Of a stretch of DNA of 32,000 bases, positions 26,730-32,000 are shown in pieces. Source of the DNA: Staphylothermus hellenicus DSM 12710 (lineage in GTDB: Archaea; Thermoproteota; Thermoprotei_A; Sulfolobales; Desulfurococcaceae); NCBI RefSeq assembly GCF_000092465.1, contig NC_014205.1, forward strand, positions 240,001 through 272,000. Reading direction: 5' to 3'. The position numbers were made by a program, and so were the translations under genes. Positions within the stretch are counted from its first letter, which is position 1. Every line of letters begins with the position of its first letter. The notes below the pieces were generated by a model that ran no database searches, had not been told where the DNA came from, and saw only the letters and a program-made list of their open reading frames with translations.

Positions 26730-27916
26730 TGCCTCTTATATCCTAGATAGTATCCAGTTAGGAATGCTACGGATACTAATGTTATAAATATTGTTAAGAC
26801 GAGTACTAGTGGTGTATGAGGTTCCTTGGAGGAGGTACTGTTAGTGCTGACTGCTTCAGTTGATGATAGAATACTTTCCCAATCGATCCTAATACCTTTA
26901 TCCTCGTTTCCACTACTAAATCTTCCACTATCAAGTAGTCCTGCACTTGGTCCTGGTATTGGGCCGTCCTTTCCAAGCTCGACCCAAAACAGAGTATAGT
27001 CTTTCCTTAGAAGTATTATTGGAGAGAGCGTGCCGTTGCCCCTATGAAGATACATGTCTTCAATAATCAAATCATCATAGCTCTTAACATTCATACCAGC
27101 TTGTTTTGCAAGCGAAACTATTTTGTTGAGATAAGCCTCATCCACTCTAAAGACATCCACTCTACTGGTGAGCCAAGGTATGAATCCTTCAACGTAGACT
27201 GCACGCAAACCACTATTATACTCTGGAACACAACACCTCACTCTAATTGGTGGCTCAACTCTATAGCCATCAATGTAGATATAGTAGACTTCGTAGGGGT
27301 TATAGAGTATTTTCTGGACACTTTGGTTCGCAGGTACAGTACATGTTGTTGTTCCTCCTGAAACATTACATATATACCCTATTCTCTCATAAGCTGTTCT
27401 CTCACCATACTGACCAGCATATTTAATAGAATATCTCGTGGAGACTGTCATGGTCTTCTTGATGATATTAATATAATTATATGTCATATAATATGACATA
27501 TATGACCCTGTCCGGCCATCACCGATCCTTATGAGGAAGCTACCCATATCACCAAGTGCTACAACAACATCTTTACCACTATAGACACCATGGAATACAT
27601 AGATCTTTTCCGGACCAAGTTCTCTAGTACCGACTAGTTCAAGATGTCCGGCGATCGAGGAAGGATCGTCTGATACAAGATATAAGATCTGGTTAAGTCG
27701 ATCTACAACCTCACCCTCCCTATGAATATAGAATACTTTAAACTCCTTCCCCTTAAGATCACTGAGATTGACGGCTGAATACTCCTCAACGGCCTCGAGG
27801 GGCACTCCATAGCTACTAGAATTCTGCTGACCAATAGTGATAGGATACTGCATAATCAATGAAGCAATAATCACAACTATAACTATGAAGGCTGGAATAA
27901 TCTTCTGCATTATCAA
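26714..27916 (-). CDS. secreted/membrane-anchored protein of unknown function (400 aa)
   Basis: N-terminal hydrophobic signal/anchor (IIPAFIVIVVIIASLIM). C-terminal S/T-rich segment plus TM helix (LVLVLTIFITLVSVAFLTGYYLGY) and KRQGSKL. The last ~5 codons and the stop lie inside the mini-element's LE stub. Confidence 0.7.
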   Translation of the reverse strand: MIMQKIIPAFIVIVVIIASLIMQYPITIGQQNSSSYGVPLEAVEEYSAVNLSDLKGKEFKVFYIHREGEVVDRLNQILYLVSDDPSSIAGHLELVGTRELGPEKIYVFHGVYSGKDVVVALGDMGSFLIRIGDGRTGSYMSYYMTYNYINIIKKTMTVSTRYSIKYAGQYGERTAYERIGYICNVSGGTTTCTVPANQSVQKILYNPYEVYYIYIDGYRVEPPIRVRCCVPEYNSGLRAVYVEGFIPWLTSRVDVFRVDEAYLNKIVSLAKQAGMNVKSYDDLIIEDMYLHRGNGTLSPIILLRKDYTLFWVELGKDGPIPGPSAGLLDSGRFSSGNEDKGIRIDWESILSSTEAVSTNSTSSKEPHTPLVLVLTIFITLVSVAFLTGYYLGYKRQGSKL

Positions 27917-28863
27917 TTACCTTTTCCTTCAAGCTCTACTACATACTATTTATAATTATTTATCTTATATAGCTAATCATTATACAGAATTGTTCGAATA
28001 CTTGGACAATAGTAATCATAATTTTGTGTTACAGCAGAGCATGTAGATGGAGGTGTTTGGTTTGTTTTAGCAATTACATGATCTGTTGGTCTCTATCTTT
28101 AAACAGTACATAGTTAATTCATTATTTCTTAATATCTGGTATGGTATTGTAATTAATGGAGCCCATTTTCTTGGCATGGCTGCCTAGTGCTCATGCCTAC
28201 ATAGTCTCTACCAAGCTTGTAGGTTTATTTCCAGCATGATCTATTCCCCGATCCATATATATTCGATTATGGAAAGTAGTGATGGGAAGCTTTGAGGACA
28301 ATCCATGGATCATTAGCTAGGTATTAGCTCAGGGTATGTATCGTGAGTAGCGATAACAGGCATGGCCTCTAATAACGGTTCCATAATAAATTCATTTCAA
28401 AATATTTAGCCATACTTAAGAATTATTAATATAAAAATAATATTGTGTAATGTAAATAATAATATAATAGTTTTATAGCTCGGCGGTCTCTCTAGTATGG
28501 AAGTGTGTAAGGAGAAGTCTCTTCTACAAGATCCATTCTCAGGATTAGTGGTTGGAGAATAAGTTTTGAATAGCAAATTGTATTTCAAGGAGATCAGGGT
28601 ACAGGTAACTACTACCCGGTGTTAATAATGACTATATACATTGTTTCCGAAGTAGCGGAGAGGAGTTCTATGACATGGATAAGAACATGTTCTACAAAAT
28701 AGTCGATGAAGCTGTAGAATCTAGTGTTTCGAAGATAAGTTGCTTGAGGGGAGTGAAACCCATAGTACACCCAGATATTATTGATTCCCCATTCTACGCC
28801 AATTGAAGGGGCATAAAACTTTAAGTATTTCAGATCGTATCTTTCTGTATCGGATGATGTTTT

Positions 28864-29046
28864 GTGTTGGATAGGTTGTTGCCTCCTAGGGAGGCTTGTC
28901 GTAGGCTTGGTATTAGTTTTATCACTTTGAAGAGATGAATTTATTCTGGTAAGATACGTGCTGTCAAGACACCTACTGGTAGGTGGATGATCCCTGAGAG
29001 TGAAGTGGAGAGAATCATTAGTGGGGGCGAGGGGACAGACGGTTAG
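28864..29046 (+). pseudogene. MerR/excisionase-type HTH ORF (IS607 TnpA N-terminal-domain-like) with an in-frame TGA
   Basis: VLDRLLPPREACRRLGISFITLKR*IYSGKIRAVKTPTGRWMIPESEVERIISGGEGTDG*. The TGA at 28936-38 sits where the conserved Trp of the TL(R/K)RW motif is expected. No serine-recombinase catalytic domain follows. Confidence 0.6.
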
Positions 29047-30325
29047 AGTTGCTAGGACGGTTGTGGTTGAATCTGCTCGGATTCCTAGGAAGTTGTTCAA
29101 GGTTTTTGTTGAAGTTGAGGGTATGTATCGTAACATGGTTGAGCAACTAACAATATATGCTGTTAGAAACACTATCACCAGTTTTACAAGGCTTAAAGCA
29201 CTAAAATACCGTGAACTCAGAAGGCTCTACCCCAAACTACCATCACATTATGCATATACTGCGTGCCAAGACTCATCAACAAGAGCTAAGAGCTTCATAC
29301 GCTTGAAGAAGCTTGGACAGATAGATAGTGATTATCCTAGAGTTGAGAAGGTATCAATATGGCTTGACGACCACTTGTGGAGACTGGAGGGATACACATC
29401 TATTAAGATAGCAACTCATAAAGGCTGGATAAGGATCGAATTTGAGCCACACAAGCAGTACTGGAAGTACATCAATGGTGGATGGAAGCCCGCATCAGAG
29501 GCAAAAATAAAACTTGATAAACGAAACAAGAAGATCAAAATATATCTAGTACTAATCAAAGATATTGAACCCTACAAGCCTAGGGGATACATCCCGGTAG
29601 ACGTTAACGAGGACAATATAGCAATACTAGTTGATGATAAACCAGTCCTGCTTGAAACAAATATGAAGAAGATCACTCTGGGATACTATTATCGGAGGAA
29701 GAGGGTTCAGGAAAAATACGATAAAATCTACGGTGTAAAATCTAGAGTTAAGAAGAAAATATTAAGGAAACTTAGAGAGAAGAAAAAGAAGCATAGTATT
29801 AGGTGGAAGACAGCAAACATTATTGTAAGGGAAGCTGTTAGGAGAGGTTATGGGATAGCTCTTGAACAACTAGGTAGAAGATCAGCAAACAATATGATTA
29901 AGAAGGTAAGGGATAGACAGCTGCGGCACAGAATATATCAGGCATCATTCAAGAGCATACAGAACGCTATAGCTGAGAAGGCACGAGAGTATGGGGTTCC
30001 AGTGATATATGTCGATCCAAGGAATACTTCAAGACAATGCCCAATACACAGGGCACCAATATTATACGATAACGGGTCTAGGATTGGAAAATGCAGTATC
30101 GGTGGAGAATTCTGGCACAGAGACGTAGTCGCATGCTATAATATTCTCTCCCGCACCCTAGGGGTTGATGGGAGCTATGCTCCAAAACCCCTAGGGATCA
30201 CCGTAGATGGGAGGCCCGTGCCGTTGGCCTCGACAGCCGCCCATGACCCTATAGTCCTTGATAGAGGACTATGGGAGAGGTGGAAGTCCCCACCGAAGAT
30301 ACATAAATATAGAATGACACGGTAG
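29000..30325 (+). CDS. tnpB: TnpB (IS605 OrfB-type RNA-guided nuclease family)
   Basis: RuvC-like motifs YIPVDVNEDNIAI (D), GIALEQLG (E), and WHRDVVACYNI (D), plus a TSRQC...C zinc-finger region. 441 aa by the tracked start; a GTG at 29021 is an alternative start. Confidence 0.9.
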   Translation: MKWRESLVGARGQTVRVARTVVVESARIPRKLFKVFVEVEGMYRNMVEQLTIYAVRNTITSFTRLKALKYRELRRLYPKLPSHYAYTACQDSSTRAKSFIRLKKLGQIDSDYPRVEKVSIWLDDHLWRLEGYTSIKIATHKGWIRIEFEPHKQYWKYINGGWKPASEAKIKLDKRNKKIKIYLVLIKDIEPYKPRGYIPVDVNEDNIAILVDDKPVLLETNMKKITLGYYYRRKRVQEKYDKIYGVKSRVKKKILRKLREKKKKHSIRWKTANIIVREAVRRGYGIALEQLGRRSANNMIKKVRDRQLRHRIYQASFKSIQNAIAEKAREYGVPVIYVDPRNTSRQCPIHRAPILYDNGSRIGKCSIGGEFWHRDVVACYNILSRTLGVDGSYAPKPLGITVDGRPVPLASTAAHDPIVLDRGLWERWKSPPKIHKYRMTR

Positions 30326-30336
30326 GGACAAACGGT
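30158..30336 (+). ncRNA. presumed omegaRNA/right-end RNA scaffold region of the tnpB element
   Basis: This is exactly the block retained in the tnpB-less mini-copy. It overlaps the tnpB 3' end and runs to the element terminus. It contains several hairpins: GGAGC-TAT-GCTCC, the 30248-30275 stem, and GGTGG...CCACC. Confidence 0.5.
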
Positions 30337-30338
30337 TA

Positions 30339-30446
30339 GCTAAATCTATGGATTCATTGTTTGTAACGTGTGATAAGAAACTATATGATAGTCTTGTAGG
30401 AGAAAATGATATTAGAATAACGTTGCTGGATGATCTGATAATATAA
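30339..30446 (+). pseudogene. vapC: vapC (PIN-domain toxin) 3' stump
   Basis: AKSMDSLFVTCDKKLYDSLVGENDIRITLLDDLII* matches the PIN C-terminal pattern (..lvT.D.kl, last acidic residue). It starts 2-3 nt after the IS right end. Confidence 0.65.
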
Positions 30447-30468
30447 TTTGTATTCTGTAACAAATTAT

Positions 30469-31332
30469 TTATTGTTTCTTCACTATTGATTCAACTGTTC
30501 TTTTCACCATTTTCAGCCATTCATCAGATCCGTTTCTACATGTTATGGTTAGGTTGTTTTTGTTGCTGAGTTCCTGGATAATATCTTTTCTACAGTTTAG
30601 GAGTATTGAGTAATCTGTTGTTTTAAGCATTGGTATGTCATTGTATCCGTCTCCAACACCTATTGTTACTATGTTTTTATTGAATATTTCTTTTATGATC
30701 TCAATTGTTCGCTGAGTTGCTAAGCCTTTATCATGGTTTCCTGTTATAAGGTATATGGTTCCAGAACCTGTTGAAACATTTAGGCCTCTAGCCTTGATCT
30801 CTTCCACTATTTTATTGATTATTTCCCCCCTGACTAGTGGGTGGAATAAGTATGAGTATTCACGTTTGAGAGCCAATATTGATTGTTCAATGGGTAGACG
30901 GGTTAATTCAGAGAATTTCTGAGGCGTAAAATCTTTGAGCCACAATATTTTTTCCCTTGTCTCCTCAATTATATCAATTATTTTCTGCTCAATAATACTT
31001 GTTTTCAACCCATTTACTATAACAATGTATTCATCAATTATGGAGTGCTCATATTTCTTCAGCATATCATGAACTAGCGAATTCTTATCAACAAGTTTTT
31101 TGGGGATAAAAGTTGCTGCCCCATTCTCCACTGTAAATATTGTTTTGCCGTGTAGACCCCATTTTTCAATATAGTATTCAATCTCATATCTTGTCTTCGA
31201 AGAATTTAGGATGAGTAAAATATTGTTTTCCAAAACATACTTTATGGCATCAATACTTTTCCTATAATCATATGTTTTATTAAGTAAGCAACCATCCATA
31301 TCCGATATAACTACTATTTTCTCTCCGCCCAT
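30469..31332 (-). CDS. mpgP: mannosyl-3-phosphoglycerate phosphatase (HAD-IIB)
   Basis: VISDMDGCLL (motif I), LNSSKTRYEIEYY (motif II; closely resembles Pyrococcus MpgP FNSSKTRAEQEYY), ENGAATFIPK, GDGYNDIPML (motif IV). It lies next to mpgS. Confidence 0.85.
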   Translation of the reverse strand: MGGEKIVVISDMDGCLLNKTYDYRKSIDAIKYVLENNILLILNSSKTRYEIEYYIEKWGLHGKTIFTVENGAATFIPKKLVDKNSLVHDMLKKYEHSIIDEYIVIVNGLKTSIIEQKIIDIIEETREKILWLKDFTPQKFSELTRLPIEQSILALKREYSYLFHPLVRGEIINKIVEEIKARGLNVSTGSGTIYLITGNHDKGLATQRTIEIIKEIFNKNIVTIGVGDGYNDIPMLKTTDYSILLNCRKDIIQELSNKNNLTITCRNGSDEWLKMVKRTVESIVKKQ

Positions 31333-31428
31333 AGCTTATCACATGTTTAGACATATTGTTCTATGCCAAAATATGAATACTGTTAAAACATTGTTGGTAA
31401 ATAGATATTATTGTTTGGAGGGATTGTT

Positions 31429-32000
31429 ATGAGAGTTGAGATGCCAAGATATATGGAGAGATTTGGAGCTATTAGGTTCTATAATGTTCAGAGAGTATTG
31501 GAGCTTAGCGGCGGTAAAACAAGTGATTTCAGCGGGGAAGTTCCGGGAACGATTAATGTGGGCAGTGGTGATATTGAGGAAATAGAAGCTAATATGACTA
31601 TTATTGTTCCAGTGAAGAATGAGAACCCGAAAGTCCTCGAGGGTGTGTTGAGTGGAATACCACATGATGCATTCATAGTTGTTGTGTCTAATAGTAAACG
31701 TGAACCAATAGATAGGTATAGGATCGAGCTCGATACATTGTTTCAATTCTACAGGTTAACACGTAGACCATTAATGGTTGTTCACCAGAAAGACCCCGTG
31801 CTCGGGCAAGCCCTCAAAGAAGCTGGTTATCCATATATAGTTGGAGATAATGGATACGTGAAGGATGGTAAGGGCGAAGGAATGATTATAGGATTATTAC
31901 TGGCTAAGTATCTGGGTAGACGATATGTTGGATTCATCGATTCCGACAACTATATCCCAGGAGCTGTTAACGAATACGTCCACATATACGCCGCCGGATT
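31429..32000 (+). CDS. mpgS: mannosyl-3-phosphoglycerate synthase (GT55), 5' part; runs off the window
   Basis: Not in the ORF track because it has no stop within the window. MRVEMPRYMERFGAIRFYNVQ...IIVPVKNE...VVSNSKRE...VHQKDP...GKGEGM...GFIDSDNYIPGAVNEYV matches the Pyrococcus/Thermus MPGS pattern almost motif by motif. GGAGGG lies upstream of the ATG. Confidence 0.9.
   Translation, partial: MRVEMPRYMERFGAIRFYNVQRVLELSGGKTSDFSGEVPGTINVGSGDIEEIEANMTIIVPVKNENPKVLEGVLSGIPHDAFIVVVSNSKREPIDRYRIELDTLFQFYRLTRRPLMVVHQKDPVLGQALKEAGYPYIVGDNGYVKDGKGEGMIIGLLLAKYLGRRYVGFIDSDNYIPGAVNEYVHIYAAG

Larger units (their letters stand above)
28808..30336 (+). mobile_element. IS element carrying tnpB (IS200/IS605-IS607 superfamily, no functional transposase gene)
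   Basis: The right boundary is defined by loss of similarity between the two copies after ...GGGACAAACGGT (30336). The left boundary is approximate, set where similarity to the mini-copy fades (about 28808). Contents: HTH pseudogene plus tnpB. Confidence 0.65.

Noticed and set aside
28225-28245. Minus-strand TYKL-encoding 13-mer resembling the vapC breakpoint sequence (aacctataaactt)
   Set aside because: It is 13 nt with 2 mismatches. My rough estimate is that such a match is expected about once by chance in a window this size and composition.
28612-29178. Tracked 188-aa - strand ORF
   Set aside because: It runs antisense to the tnpB 5' end and the HTH relic. Its composition is S/T/L-rich with no motif. 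The + strand carries the recognisable (pseudo)coding signal.
1-32000. Search for CRISPR arrays, tRNA/rRNA genes, inteins and selenocysteine signals
   Set aside because: I saw no regularly spaced direct repeats. I saw no T-arm (GTTCRAATC-type) or cloverleaf candidates outside CDSs, and no rRNA-like blocks. The only TGA-in-frame case (28936-38) is better explained as a nonsense mutation.

Overview
This is a visibly AT-rich, gene-dense archaeal window. The gene content fits a marine hyperthermophilic crenarchaeon of the Desulfurococcales type, but that is inference only. The supporting genes are mannosylglycerate genes mpgS/mpgP, isopentenyl phosphate kinase, diphthine synthase, three radical-SAM enzymes, and GC-rich RNA islands in an AT-rich background.

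Positions 1-24,900 are mostly ordinary housekeeping: TatD, HAD phosphatases, threonine dehydratase, nucleoside phosphorylase, CysRS, IPK, Dph5, and an Fe-siderophore/B12-type ABC transporter.

The unusual part is 24.9-30.5 kb.
1. A 1.14-kb ORF-free gap carries three GC-rich, structured RNA-like blocks. One of them is a textbook C/D-box sRNA.
2. A vapBC toxin-antitoxin locus has its vapC split into a frameshifted 5' stump and a distant 3' stump.
3. Between the stumps lies a 3.8-kb block bounded by inverted copies of the same 179-bp IS right end. One end is a full tnpB (IS200/IS605-IS607-like) element with a decayed MerR/excisionase-type HTH ORF. The other end is a roughly 230-bp tnpB-less mini-derivative that keeps only the LE stub plus the presumed omegaRNA-encoding end.
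4. The two copies differ mainly in one hairpin, where the changes preserve pairing.

Separately, two clearly functional genes (an ABC ATPase and a HAD phosphatase) encode conserved N-terminal motifs upstream of any ATG/GTG/TTG. In both, an in-frame ATA sits behind a GGTG-type SD inside a stop/start overlap.

No CRISPR array, rRNA or convincing tRNA was seen.
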